64,000 nt of DNA from Moniliella sp. 'wahieum' (lineage: Eukaryota), in NCBI GenBank assembly GCA_003971905.1, contig RSEE01000023.1, forward strand, positions 186,001 to 250,000, given 5' to 3'. Shown piece by piece: positions 1-12,977 of the stretch. Position numbers and translations under genes: made by a program. Every line of letters begins with the position of its first letter. The first letter of the stretch is position 1. The notes beneath the pieces were generated by a model. The model did not search any database and had not been told where the DNA came from. It was given only the letters and a program-made list of their open reading frames with translations.

Positions 1-1144
1 TGCACAATAATCTTCAACGTCTCATGATATGTTCCACGTTGCTCCAACTTGGACCCCTTCTACTACACTTCCCGCTGTTATTATCTCTCGTTGTGTTGAT
101 GCATTGATGCCACGTTACGATCTGTCAACGGTATGCTACGCGCAGTACACTACTCAATACTCGCCTTTCATGGGGCCTTGGCGTTCTAACGTTTCTCGCC
201 TCCCACCTCACTGCGGGCGATATATCCCTCCCGTCCGATGACTTAGTATCTTTTCCTGTGGCTTTCCCCCATCCCACTCTGTGCTCTCCTCGTGCGTTTT
301 GGCAGGCTGGCTTGGGCGGTTCGACCTGTCTTGTATTCTGCTCAAAATCAACATTGATGCTCCCACATTTTCAGTCCTTCTGATGCCACATGGTGCAGGG
401 CATGCATGTAATAGGATAGCTAAGTATACTAGCCAAGCCACCCGCGCGCGCGCGTGCGGTCCCTTTTTCCCTCTCACTCTCCCGCATGTCCTCTCCTTTT
501 TCTTCGCCGCCACCTCACCTTCCTTCCCTCTCTCTTTCGCTCGACTCGATATTAATCGTACTCGTTGTTCGATAGAGGCTGGGTGTCTCGACGATCGTGT
601 CCTTCTGCGTCGCTCCACTTGTTACTGCTCCTCGTGGGGTTAGTGGGAGACGATCGGCCATGGTTGGCGTTGTACTGACCACACGGTAACATATTAGTTT
701 CAAAGATGAAATTCATTTCAAATTGCAGTGGCGCACCTTGGCTTGCCTCCACTCTGCCCCACTTGGGCTTGCCCCAGGATAGTACCAAGAGTCAGCCAAG
801 CACATCCAACTTCTTAACGTCCCAAGTCGAACCTCCAACCTGTTGCCAGCGCCTCCCTCAGAGTGTAGCGATGACGGCTGCCACTTACAGCACTCCTACG
901 CCCACCAACAGGCCATTGGACAACCTAGGCGTCTCGCCAAGATCCCCGTAGCCATCTCTCATTTGTTCTCAACCACCAGCGCCACACAGGTTGACACGAC
1001 CACACCGGCCAATGCGACCGCTACCTCGCACGCAATCTCGACCGCCACTCCTTCGTTCTACACTGCTCCAGTGTATCTGTCACCTCGGTTGCGCCTGCTG
1101 CGTCGGCACTGAAGCCAACACCCATCGCTACCAAGCGGCCCAGG

Positions 1145-2095
1145 TGGCGCCGAAAGTGCTGCCAGGGTGGCAGTCCGCCCTCCAAGGGCTAACGCACCAC
1201 ATCCCTTTCTTCCTTCGATCCCCGGCCGAGGCGATCATTGGCACGGTGCGGCTTCTTTTCTGACGCTCGGATCTGTTGAGTATCGCTCTGACTGACTCGA
1301 ATGGATTTTTAGGAGTGCTATACGACGTTGATTTACGATGCCGATCTCACTTCAACGTATTGCATCCGGCTGTCGATCTCCAAAGGCCTCGGACTGGGCA
1401 TCGTCGTCTTTGGCTCCATCATGAAGATCCCTCAAATCCTCAAGATTATCAAGGGTCGTTCCGCCCGCGGGATCAGCCTCAGCATGTACGCTCTCGAAGT
1501 GCTGGCATATACCATTAGCTGGCCTACGCTGTGCGCAAGCAGATCCCCTTCAGCACGTATGGGGAAAATGCAAGCTTAACAGTTCAAAGTAAGTCATCCT
1601 CTCCTATGCCCCCCCACGTTTTCTGACAGGCGTCTTGCAGATATGGTGATCACTCTTCTGATCCTTGCCTATGCGCCCATCGCGCCCGGGTCAACGGAGC
1701 AGGCGCGTCGAACACGTGTCCTGGTCTCTGCTGCCTTAATGGCCGCCCTTGCCATCTTGTTCTCCCCCGCCCTGTGTGCGGCAGGTCTACTCTCCTTCCT
1801 TCAAGCGCTCACCATTCCCATCTCCCTCATCAGCAAGGTGCCCCAGATGGTTGAGCTGCACACGCGCAAAGCCCCGGGCCAACTGAGCGCGATCGTTGTC
1901 TTTTCTCAATTGGCCGGAACAATGGCAAGGGTGTTCACCACGGTGACTGAGACCAATGACTCGCTCCTGTTTTGGGGATTTGCGTTGGCTACTGTCTTCA
2001 ACGCCATCATCTTTGTCCAGCTGCTCGTCTACTGGAACGGCAACGAGCGCAACATGGTCATTGGCCTCGATGGCAAACCCCAAAAGCTTGATTGA
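1145..2095 (+). CDS. MPDU1: Mannose-P-dolichol utilization defect 1 protein (PQ-loop membrane protein, MPDU1/Lec35 family); start uncertain
   Basis: Spliced reading gives ...PFFLRSPAEAIIGT|ECYTTLIYD...SKGLGLGIVVFGSIMKIPQILKI...FSTYGEN..VQ|NMVITLLIL...ISKVPQMVELH...GQLSAIVVF...ARVFTT. Two PQ motifs. Introns 1246-1312 (gtgcgg..ctgac..tag) and 1589-1640 (gtaagt..ctgac..cag). One frameshift near 1520. Confidence 0.9.
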
Positions 2096-2540
2096 ACTGG
2101 CACTCGGCTACTCTGGAGGCAATGCCGACAGAATCCAACTGATGGACTTTATCGCTTCCTTCGTTCGTGTTGCAGTGTGTATGGGGAGAGGGGTATGCTG
2201 TGGCGGGGAGTGGGGGGGAGAACCACATCGCGCCCCAACTGGTAGCAGCAGCTGCTACGGCTCCGGCGTTCTTGGTCACCTGACCGCCCGGAAAACCCAT
2301 CGGACGCGGAGCTGGAGTTTGGATTTGAAATGTGAAATGGAGAGACTGAACATTTCTGAATGTTGGCTAGCTTCTACCGGAGGCGTTGACACTGGTCCTG
2401 TGCGACGCGTGCTGCGAGCGGGCAGGAAGCAACCAGCACACATCAGAGGCGGGTGTTGTCGTAGCTTCCCTCTTGCCGCCCCCTTGGTCTTCATCGCCAT
2501 CGCCATCGCCCTTGCCACCCCACCCAACTTGACACACATC

Positions 2541-5500
2541 ATGCTACCTCAAAGCCCTTCCGGCGGTCCACAGCGACGCGTCCGCCCGCCAAAATGCTGC
2601 GTTCCAAGATTGTCGTCCCGTTCCCCTCTGCCTCTTCCACTGCTGAACCCATCAAGTAGGTGGACAGCATGACCTGGTGTCCGACGAACCGTACACTGAC
2701 ATTTTTTTGATTAAACCAGACCTACCTCCGTCTCCGTCCAGCACACCCTCCAAATCCGTTACCGAGCCCTACATCACCGTTCACAATGACACTGACATCG
2801 TCATGAAGCCCCCTCCCGATGTGCGCCCACTCTCTTCCCGTCCCCTCTAAGTGTGGTTGCTGCACATGGAACTCTCCCTGACCCTCTTTCTTCCCCATAG
2901 TTGCCCCGCCCTCCGCAACAGTACTCCTTTGCCAAGGTTTTCCAACCAGCCGAAGCCGAGGAGGCACACAATTCCCAGTCGCGTTTCTTCCAAGAAACTT
3001 GCCTGCCCATGGTCCAGGGGCTCCTGAACGAGGGTCAAAGCGGTTTGTACTGCACCTACGGCACCACCTGCAGTGGCAAATCCTACACTGTCCATGGCGG
3101 CCGTCGAGCTCAGGAGGCCGGCGTGCTGCCACGTACCTTGGATACCATCTTCAACTCGCTCGACGGTTTGTTCAGCTCGCGTCGCATCCGCCCCAAGGGT
3201 CTGAATGGCGTTGAAGAGCTGGTGCACGAGGGCAAGATGGGCCGGAGGAGTTTGACCCGATGAGTCTTCCTCCCCTTCGACGACTGATGGAGAGCAAGAC
3301 CGTTCCTCCCCGCTCGGTTCTGGGGGCTCTATGCCCGAGTACGAGCATGACAAGACGGTCATCCCGGTAGACAAGAATTACCGCTTCAGCGTCTGGGTGA
3401 GCTACCTCGAGGTGTACAACGAGAAGCTGTATGACCTTCTTGATGTGGGAGCCGACCCGAGTAGTGCGCCGAGAGGCACCAAAACTGGTCCCTTGGTGGC
3501 CGGCGTATGGCCAGTGGCGTCGGGTCCGATGCATCGGGCCCTTCGAGTACCGGGCCGGTGCTGACCCGCCACGCCTTGGCGTTGCAGAACGATACGGATA
3601 CGACGGGGGATGCCGAGGGGGTGTGTAAGTACGCGGCGGGTCTGTCCGAGCATGAAGTGCGGTCTGCCAAGGAGGCCCAGGCCCTCATTCGGCGCGGCGA
3701 ACAGAATCGTGCCGTGTTTGGCACGATGGCAAACCGCGTGTCCAGTCGCAGTCATGGCGTCTTTACCGTCCGTTCATTCGCCACCATGCGGGCGAGACTG
3801 GGGCGGAGGCAATGTACACCACCTCCCGTATGAGCATCGTTGATCTGGCCGGAAGTGAACGAATGGCCCATACCCAACTCACCGACAGTGCTCGCATGAA
3901 AGAAGCAGGCAACATCAACAAGAGCTTGATGAACCTGGGGCACTGCATTGAGAAGATTCGCTCCAACCAAACCCGTCTTCAGACCGCCTTGGCAACGGGG
4001 GCGTGGAGAACGCCAAGGCCGAGATGGTTCCGTACAACTCATCCAAACTTACCTCGCTCCTGAAGAGCTACTTTGTTGGGGAGGGGACAACGGTCATGAT
4101 CATCACGGCCAATCCGTTTGATGGGGGTTCTACGAGAATGCCCAAGTGATGAAATTCAGCGCGACCATTGGCGATGTTGTCAAGCAGCGCCAAAGTGCCA
4201 TCCCACGCAGTCCGACCAAGATCAGTCTTGCCCCTCTGGCTGGTCGGGAAAGGAAGAACAGCTCGCTGGTCGCCCCACGTTCGACGGCCTCCAGCCGTGT
4301 TCGTCCATCTGCTACCCCGCGCCCTACCCAAGCCTCCACCCTCGATCCCAGCGAGATGGACATTACGATCATTGAAGAAGGCGAAAGGAGGAGCAGGACC
4401 CGTTGGTGGACTTGCTGCTTGCCAAATGTGAGGAACTGCAACAACGTCTCTACTTGGCTGAGCAGCGCGCTGCCAAGTGGAGGCCGAGGTGCGCGCTGAA
4501 ATGGCCGATGAGATGGAACGCGCACTGCGAGCGATGAGTATCATGTACGAACACGTCTTGAGGAGGAGGTGCGTTTGAGCGAACAGGTGACGAACAAAAA
4601 GCTTGATTTGCTCAACGACCTGTGCCATGAGGTGGGCTCCTACGACCAGTCTGCCTCCGCGAGCGACGCTTTCCAGTCCATGGACAAGTCTCACCCCACT
4701 CGCTCCGCCCGAGCCAGCACTCGCGCCCCTTCCTTGGCCGAATCGGACATCCTCACCCAAGCTTTGGACCGCGTTCGTCTTGTGTCGGATCGTACCCCGG
4801 CTACCCCCGGGACGATGATGCCCCCATGATCCCGGAGATCCCTACAGCGGGGGACCCCTTCCGCTCCATTGGCGTCACTCCCAACGCCCTTGCCCCACGG
4901 GGATCATTTGGGGCCTCTCCTATCCGTGCCCACCCGAACTCACAAGGGGCTACTCCGCGAACGAGTTTGGCTTCTTCATCGACATGCCGGAGCTGAAGCC
5001 GTCCCTACTTTCTGACCCAGCCAATGCGACAACGATCGAGGTCAACACGTCGGGGGTGACGGAGGACAAGGCGAATGAAGACGAGCCCGAGAGTGACGAA
5101 GAAGGGCCAAGGATGTGTTGGATATTGGACTCCGCGCCTGCCTAGCGGGGGCTCCTCTAGGGCGTCCCAGGGGAACGACGGCACCAGTGCCGAAAGTGAG
5201 GACTCCGACACGAAGAGGAGAGGAGAAGAAGAGAGAAGATGATGATGATGAGGGAGATGATGACGATACATTCGACCCCACCAACGATGGTTCGGCTGAA
5301 GATGTTACCCCTCCGCCGCGGAAACGACGCAGTGCGCGGGCCAGTACGGCAGCCAGCACGCTTGCTTCCAACACTCGGCACAGGGAACGCGTGTTGTCCG
5401 GGAGCAAGTGGAAATTTCGCATTCGGGTTCCAGTTCGGGGTCAGTTACAGACGAGAGCACCTCGCAAGGCCGCCCCTTCTCGCCCCCCACCCCAAAACGC

Positions 5501-5841
5501 TGCCCAAGACGCTGCTCCGATCCACTCGCCCCTCCAAGGCAGCCATTCAGGCCGCCGCAACGCTCGCACCTGTCGTCAAAGGAAAACGCTCGGTGTTGAA
5601 CCGTACCAGTGGCAGCCCCGTCAAGCGCGAACGCAAACAAGTTCTGGGCGGATGCTTCGGGCCTGTTTGCTGACGCAACCGCCGAGCTCAACCGCCGTCC
5701 GACGACCACCCACGTCGAGATGGACTTGTCGGATGTGAGCTTGTTGAAGCCTTCGCACGACTCACCCAAGAAGAAGCGCAGGGCGCTCCGTCGTCTGCGG
5801 CGGTAGACGAGGAGGGCATGGCGCTCCAGCTGGATGCTTGA
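2541..5841 (+). CDS. Kinesin motor protein, kinesin-6 (Klp9/MKLP)-like, with coiled-coil and low-complexity tail; multiple frameshifts
   Basis: EPIK|TYLRLRP across intron ~2656-2719; P-loop YGTTCSGKSYT; VWVSYLEVYNEKLYDLL; NRVSSRSHGVFT; SIVDLAGSER; KEAGNINKSL; VPYNSSKLTSLL; ENAQVMKFSA. The long insert between the P-loop and the YxEVYNE motif is typical of kinesin-6. Confidence 0.88.
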
Positions 5842-6657
5842 TGCGAGTTTGTCCAGCTGGAGCTCCTCACTCCACATCCCAGTTGTTCTTTCGTATCTCT
5901 TCCATCAGTCCTCTCTTCCTTGCCTCCGCAGTCTTCCACTTCGTTTTCTCTCATGCCCACTGAACATCGGTCAGGGCTTGCCTGTTCTCTCAAACCTCAT
6001 TGCCTCTCCGATCTCATTGCCCATTCTGAATTGTCCATGTGGCGAGCATCGCGCTCGCACACGCTGCACCATTAAATCTCCAGCCACTGCAGGGGGTCCA
6101 AGTGGCCCGGCGCTGGCCGAGGCCGGGCGCGGCGTTAGTTATAGCTAGAACAGGGCCAGTACTCGACTGAGTACACCGAGTGCGGGAAACTGTCACTGTT
6201 GGTCAGCAACAGCAAATTAGCCGCTGGTAGAGCGTGGAACGTTGCGGTGCTCGGCTATAAGCCTCAGCCTCAGCGCCTCTGCCGCTCGGAGCACTTGGTC
6301 TTGAGCTTCATCGATCGAGGTTGCTTCCGCGAGTACTTTCACTAACCATAGCCACCCACGCGTCACTCGACAGAGCAGATGCTTCCGACAGCCACCCGCA
6401 ACCCTCCCCGCCGCACCCTGTACCCGCCACCGACCCATCGGGCTACCTGCAGCCTCAGCCTCAGCCTCAGCCGCACGCCGGCCGAATCGATAGCGAAACT
6501 CGATAACCGAGCAATCATCCATTCCACCGCTCGCCGCTCTTCCCCGCAGCGCCTGTTATATTCCCGCCTCCATTCCTGCGCCCCGCCCCTGCCTCCCCGC
6601 GCCGCAGCAGCCTCGCACACCCCACCTCTCCCTTCCCAACCACCACCTGCCCTCGCC

Positions 6658-8601
6658 ATGCGCCCCGCCGCCCGCCCCGCCCCCCGGCCTGCCCTCGCCA
6701 CCCGCAGGAGACAGAGTGTGTCTCCGCTCTCCCGCCACTCCTCGTCCTCGTCCTCCTCCGACGATATCTTCATCCGGCAGCTCGGTGCCTCCCCTGCTGT
6801 TTATACCCTCGGCCAGCCGGCGAAACACTCCCGCGTCGCGGATGGATCCGCACTCTTCGCTTCGCTCGGCGCCAGCGCCTCCAGGAACATCCGCCCACCT
6901 CTTTCCTCCCCTTCCGCTCTGCACACCTCGCCACCCGCATCCCTCTGCCCCTGCCATCTCTCCTACCCCGCCGCCCTCGGGTCCCTCCCATTCCCAGTCC
7001 GCCTCACACCTCTGGCGCAAGGTCATGGCTTCTTCATCGCCTGCTTCGTCCCTCACGCCCGGCCAGCAGGCACCATTCCAACCGCATGCCTCGACGCCCA
7101 GGTACAAGTACGCTTACACCTATGCGCCATCCCGCAGCCGTCCAGTCAGGGACAAGGCAGGCAAAGGGAAGAGCAACGACAATGGTAAGGGCAAAGGCAA
7201 AGGCAAAGACAAAGGCAAATGGAAAGGCATGGGCAATAACGACATGACCGACCGCGCTTCCGATCCCGACCCCGCCATGACTCTTATCAGCGCCGCCCCC
7301 TCCCATTCCCCCCCACTTCCAAGCCCTTCCTTGCGCTCATTACCTTATTCTTGTTATGGGTCTGTTCCACGACCTTCTCTACTCTGGGACCGCCATCTCT
7401 TCGCCACGCCCCCCCACCTTTCTTTCCCGTCATTGCCCAGCACACCCACCGCAAACTCGCATTCCCCCACTATTTCTCAGTGCGCTGCAAGCGGCGGCTG
7501 GACCTTGGTCGCGGCCCTGGGCGCCATGATTGTTGTTCCGCTATGCAAGCCTGTCACCAATACGTATGCGCGCTCCTCGGTCAACAGGTGGCTCTTGGGC
7601 TTGGTGGTCTTGGGCGGCCTGTATGCCGCCGAGACGGCACTTTTTGCGCAGGGGCTACAGAACACTCACCTCGCTACCATTGGTCTGGGCCGGGTTCCTA
7701 CGGGCATCGTGGCTCTTGCTTCAGGTCGCTGGATGCACGCCCGACGAGGGGGGGCGGCTCTTCTTGCTTGTGGGGGAATGGTCGTCGTCGATGGTGACGG
7801 GTTCGGTCGTCTTTCGAAGCATTGCAACAAGATGCTGGGAGGGAGGGATGGTGGTGCTGGCCTCGGGGGTTGTGGGGGTGCGCTGGGCTGTGACCCAAGC
7901 ACTGCTAATCCCCCTCGTGGACATGGGCGTGCCATCGCGTCGGGTTCACCCGCTCGTTGTCACCGCTGCACCGCCTGCCTCGCATGCCTTGTCTTGGTTG
8001 CACTCAGCTCGCTCCGCTGGTGCCGGTCGAGCAAACATACCTGGGATCTCCTCACCGGCAATGGGGCGAGCACGGACCCCAAGCGCCTCCCATCGCTGCC
8101 CCAGTGGCAAGCCCTCCGGCCGAACACGACCACCTGGGCCTGGCTCGTTCTCGCCTTCATTCCTGGTACATTGCAAGCGTCTGCATGGGCCTCTGAACTG
8201 GCGTTGTTGCAGCTGCCTTTGGACTCCGTTGTGGCCCTGGATGCGTTGCGCGTGAGCGTCCAAGTAGGGGCAGCGAAACTTCTCGATGAAGATACCTCCT
8301 CGCCCTTTCCGGTGGGAGTTCAAGCGGTCCAGGTCCTTCTCGGTCTGGCCCTCTTCCTGCCTACCTTGTTTTGGCTTGCCATCTCCCCCTCGCCGGAGCA
8401 GCAATTCTCTCCTCGCCGCCAAACCCAGATAGATACTTTGGCACGTTTCCCGCTACGCCAGACGACTCGTCGCCTCCACCTCAGCCCTCAAGGCCCAACT
8501 GGACCCCGAGCGTGCGCGTCAATGGCGCAAGAATCGATTTTGTCGTGGACGGGTGTGGAGTGACAAACACTGGGGATGGCCTGTATGAAGAGCATTGTTA
8601 A
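6658..8601 (+). CDS. Multi-pass membrane protein with long S/P-rich N-terminus; possibly a DMT-superfamily (nucleotide-sugar/triose-phosphate-type) transporter
   Basis: 615-aa ORF 6716-8563 has several hydrophobic segments (WTLVAALGAMIVVPL, WLLGLVVLGGLYAAETALF, WAWLVLAFIPG, VQVLLGLALFLPTLFWLAI). The family call rests only on general resemblance. Confidence 0.45.
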
Positions 8602-9399
8602 CTAACGTTTCCAGTGCCCATGCATGTGTATGCCTAATACGTCTCTAGCCTCTCCCCCCCTTGCTTTTTGTCTTCACACGCACGCTAATCCCCGATCTCT
8701 CATTATCAGTATCAGTATCGACCTCCCCTGTTGTTTACTTTACCTTTTTCGTTTCCGACCGCATTTCGTATCTCGTACTACATACCATTTGAGCGTTTGG
8801 GCTCGGCTCCGAAAGGGAATTATAGGACTGCCACCAACTTCAATGGCACCTCAACACTGGACCAATGTTAGCACACAGCCACATGTGCAGATGGAGAAAC
8901 GTGTAGCTGATTGCCAACAGCCATGTGTTGCATGCTCTTGAATAAGGGGAGGGCATGAAGCAACATGCATGTGGATGCCAGTCAGTGATCTTTTTGCCTA
9001 TATTAGTTGAGTGCCTGAACCTTCGACCACCTAGTACTACTAAGTACCATGACTATAGTACGGCTATCAAAGGACGAGGAGGTGCTCTATCGCATCCCCT
9101 TTCCAACTAAGTGTGGGAATTCGGCATACACAGGGATGAAGAAACATATAATAATGATTTTGGCGTCTTGATGCGCGTGTACACATGCTCACTGGTCTTG
9201 GAAGGGAAACAAGGAGAGACAAAGACACAGAAAGAGGGGACTTAATCAACCCATAATAGTAGTACGACACAGAGTATAATATCACAGGTATCATAGAGAG
9301 AGAAGGGTGGTGCCGAGAGGAAGACCAGTGCCCTGTGCTGTCTTGATTCTTCTGGGCAGTCGCAGCGGGGGAGGGGTACTGGCTGGTTCTGCAATCAAC

Positions 9400-12300
9400 C
9401 AACCCATTGAAGACCTACCCACCGCTGAGGGGGGAGAACCACAGCCATCCCTACTCGTCCTCGGTTGGGGGCCAAATGTGCTCCTCTTCCCTGCACCAAA
9501 GGGTGCCTCTTGCCCCGATCTTCTCTCGCTTCTGAAGGAAGGCTCTCACTGGAGCGTTGAGGGGAAAGGGAAGGTAAAAGCTCCGCCGCTGCGGGTGGAG
9601 GACCAGGGTACGGACGTGGGCCCCAAACACGGCTGGCACGTCTTCCACTACCTGAGCCCGTGTGGGTTCTGGTAGCCTCCTGTTCACCTGCCGGTGGAAT
9701 CGCTTCCAATCCTCCTTCCTTCTTCCCGCGGCCAGGGGAGTCAAGGCCCGTCATGGTACCTGGTCCAGCTCGCTCTTCGCCATATGCACCATCTTGGACG
9801 TGCCCACCCTGGTCATCAGAGCCAACCGGATAGCCTCCGGGGGTAAGTTCTCTGGCGACCTCTCCCTCAAAAGGGGGGACTCTGCTTCGGCTCCAGGACC
9901 GAGAAGGTTGGTATGAGCTTCAAAGGGGGAGTAAACGGAATATCTTGGTCCAGCCTCCGTGGTCGCCCCGGGGAAGGGGTTGCTCAAACCTGTAGAAGGG
10001 GCAAGCATTCCCAAAGCCGACGCGGGGGCAAGCAATTCCTCGTCCGATACATAGCGGGCGTGGGGCGGACGAGTTTCTTGTGCCTCATCGGCCCACCTCC
10101 CGGCCTGGCATATGAGCTTGGAGCACGGGGGTGGTGGGAATAGGCGTTTGAGCAGCATCGAACCACTGGTCCGGTGTGGAAGGTATGGTCGAGTAGGCTC
10201 TTTCCCCACCATGGCTTCCAAGGGAAGAAGGGCGGAATCTTCTTGTAATTGCCACCGGAGGATTGCTTGTGGGATTCCCCTCGGGTAAAGCTCGTGTACT
10301 CCGCCACGCTTCGTCATCTACGCCCTCTGCTCCAAGGACTGGGACGGAGAGATTGGCATCTTGTCCAGACTGGGGAACGGGGGGACTGAGAAGCTAGGGG
10401 AGCGAGCAGAGAGACGGTAGGTATCCGTTGGGGGATGGTGCGAACGGTTTCCACTTGCTTCCGATTGCCCTTCCGATTGCCCTTCCGTACCTGCCGCACC
10501 CACTCCACTGGCGACTCGTAACGTTGCAAGGGACCCAACAGTCGATCGTCCCGTGTCATATAAGTCACCGCCCGGGTGACGGGGGAGATGGTGGGCCGGT
10601 GGGTGAAGAATGAGGGCGCCATGTCAAGGAGGATGTGATTGAACGGTGGCGATTATACTGCTTGGCGACCGCGGCAGCGAAGAAGGGAGCAACCCGAGAA
10701 AAGCGTTTGCCCCTCCTTGCCGCGTCTTCCGCAAGCACGGCAGCTTGAGCCTCGAACGCAGTTGTTTTGAGTGGTTTCCGGGCCGAATTGCTTCGCCCGC
10801 TCCTGCGCTCGTGGCATCCACGGAAGTATCAGCACCCAGAGGCTCGCCTTGGGCCGCCACGGGGGCATACCCTCCCCGTCGAAGTACGCGTCGCCTTGAG
10901 CTCGGTGCGGCCAATACGGAGGGGAAATAAGGACCGGAAATGTCTCCAGGATGGTGGGTAAGAAGGGCGCTTTCCTACAGGTGCTCCATCTCAGCCGCCT
11001 TAATGTAATCACGTCCTCGTTTGCGGCGGCGAAGAATGAATGCAAGCAGTGCCAAAATCAGGAGGAGTGCGAGCGCGCCAAAGACACTGCCGAGCACGAT
11101 TCCCGCAATTTGTCCCCGGAGAGGTGGTGATGGTGTTCATGCAGTCCTGTGGGGGTAGACAGAGAGCTGGAGGATGATATCGTACGGTGGTAGCCGACGT
11201 TGTGGCAAGTGAACTGGTGGCAGTATTGGATGGGGAGCTTGTGAAGAGGGTGCTGGCGATGGGGGCAGGCGAGCTCAAAGTAGATCGGGGAGAGCTGGTG
11301 CTTGTGGTGGAAGTAGGGAGCAGCGATGTGTTGAGGCTCGAGAGAGACTGTGTGGGGTGAAGAAGGGGGGGGCGAAGAAGGAAGGAGTGAGGAAGAGGAG
11401 GGTGAAGAAGAAGGAGATGAAGAAGGGGGGGAAGGAGGTGGGGGAGAAGAAGGAGAGTGGGAGAAGGAGAGTGTGAAGAAGGAGAGTGTGAGAAGGAGGG
11501 TGAAGAAGGAGGAGGTGTGTGACGAAGGAGGATGTGAAAAAGGAGGGTGTGAGAGAGAGGAAAATGAAGGGGCGGGTGAAGAAGGAGGGTGGAAAGAAGA
11601 GGGTGTGAAGAAGGGGCGGGTGAAGAATGAGAGGGAGATGAGGAAGAGGGAGATGAAGGAAAGGGAGATGAAGAAGAGGGAGATGAAGGAAAGGGAGATG
11701 AAGAAGAGGGAGATGAAGAAGAGGGAGATGAAGAAGGATGGTTGAAGAAGGGGGGTGTGATAAGAGGAAAATGAAGGGGCGGGTGAAGAAGAAGGGACTG
11801 AAGAAGGAGGGCGTGAAGAAGAGGGAAATGAAGGGGCTGGTGAAAAGGAGGGGGTGTGAAGGACGAGAGGGTGAAGAAGAGGCGGGTGAAGCAGACGGGG
11901 GTGAAGAAGAAGAAGACGAGGGTGTGAAGAAAGAGGGTGTGAACGAGTGTGTGAAGAAGAGGGAAATGAAGAAGGGGAGGGTGAAGAAGGAGGGCGTGAA
12001 GTAGGGGGATGTGAAGAAGAGAAGGTGAAGAAGAGGGAAATGAAGAAGGAGAGGGTTGAAGAAGGAGGGCGTGAGAAGAGGGCGTGAAGAAGACAGGGTG
12101 AAGAAGAGGCGGGTGAAGAGGGAGGATGTGAAGAAAGAGGGGGTGAAGAAGAGGGAGATAAAGAAGAGAGAGATAAAGAAGAGGGAGATGAAGAAGAGGG
12201 AGATGAAGAAGAGTAGGCCGAGGAGGTGAGGGTTGAAGAAAAGTGGACCGAGGAGCTTAGTGATGAAGAAGAAGGGACCGAGGAGCTGAGGGATGAAGAA

Positions 12301-12977
12301 GAGGGGGCCGAGGAGCTTAATGATGAGGAAGAAGGGACCGAGGAGCTGATGGATGAAGATCTCGGTGGAGGACGTTGGAATGGGTGAGGTGGTGCTAGTG
12401 ATGGTGCTAGACGATCGGGATGTTGAGGACGATACGCTTGACACAGAGGTTGAAGAGGGGACACTCGTAATTGCCGTCCTCGAAAGGATGCTTCCAGGGG
12501 GAGGACGCTTTGGAAGCTTTCGCTTCTGAAGATTCACGACTGGCGCTGCGGCTCGAGTTGTAAGACGAGCGCGAGGGGATTTACTCCCGACTACGCTTCT
12601 GCTTGCACTCTTGCTAGCGAGACTGGCGCTCCTGCTTGTACTTTTGCTGGCCCGGCTGCACTTCTGCTTGCACTCTTGCTAGCCGGCTGGCGCTCCTGCT
12701 TGCACTCTTGCTGGCCAGGCTGGCACTTTGGGACGGATCCATCTCAACCTCCGCAGCCTTGGGGCCCGCTCCAAGACGTTGAAAAAGTGTGATGGCACGG
12801 GGGACGCGGTAAGACGCGAGAGTAGAGCGGGTGTGGGATGGTGGTGGGGCGGGGCAACAACAACGTTTGTTTTGCCTTCGGCCGGCGTGAACGGGTAGCG
12901 GACGTTGGCAGCGATGGTAGTGGCGAGGGTGGTTAGGGGGAGAAAAGAGAACGCAAGGGAAGATGGAGGTTGAACAT
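9400..12977 (-). CDS. Type I transmembrane mucin-like surface protein (signal peptide, Ser/Pro/Thr stalk, single TM helix, long cytoplasmic tail); Mid2/Wsc-like architecture; frameshifted
   Basis: ATG at 12977 followed by a hydrophobic leader (MFNLHL...LTTLATTIAA after frame repair). Ser/Thr/Pro repeats at ~12480-11140. A frame not shown in the ORF track at ~11115-11020 reads GQIAGIVLGSVFGALALLLILALLAFILRRRKR. Downstream fragments (e.g. RRGGYAPVAAQG) continue to ~9400. The 3' end is uncertain. Confidence 0.65.
11340..12360. repeat. ~1 kb purine-rich (+ strand) coding minisatellite: degenerate 15-bp GAAGAAGAGGGAGAT units and five 30-bp units at 12211-12360
   Basis: Directly visible, e.g. 11630-11740 and 12150-12210 (gaagaagagggagat)n and a 30-bp period ..ccgaggagct..gatgaagaa.. 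On the - strand it encodes SSSPS / SSSLSSSVPS repeats. Confidence 0.95.
12595..12728. repeat. Imperfect ~36-bp tandem repeat (about 3-4 copies) encoding ASKSASRSAS-like units on the - strand
   Basis: ctgcttgcactcttgct(a/g)gc recurs at ~12599, ~12635 (variant), ~12664 and ~12696. Confidence 0.85.

Noticed and set aside
7155..7232. (GGCAAA)n encoding GKGKGKGKDKGK
   Set aside because: A common low-complexity coding microsatellite in basidiomycete disordered regions.
11350..12004. Glu/Lys/Arg-rich + strand ORFs (KKREM repeats)
   Set aside because: They are antisense shadows of the Ser/Pro stalk; the leader and TM context are on the - strand.
12211..12728. 30-36-bp periodic repeats as a CRISPR array
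   Set aside because: The units are contiguous and degenerate with no unique spacers, lie in coding sequence, have no cas genes, and the context is eukaryotic.
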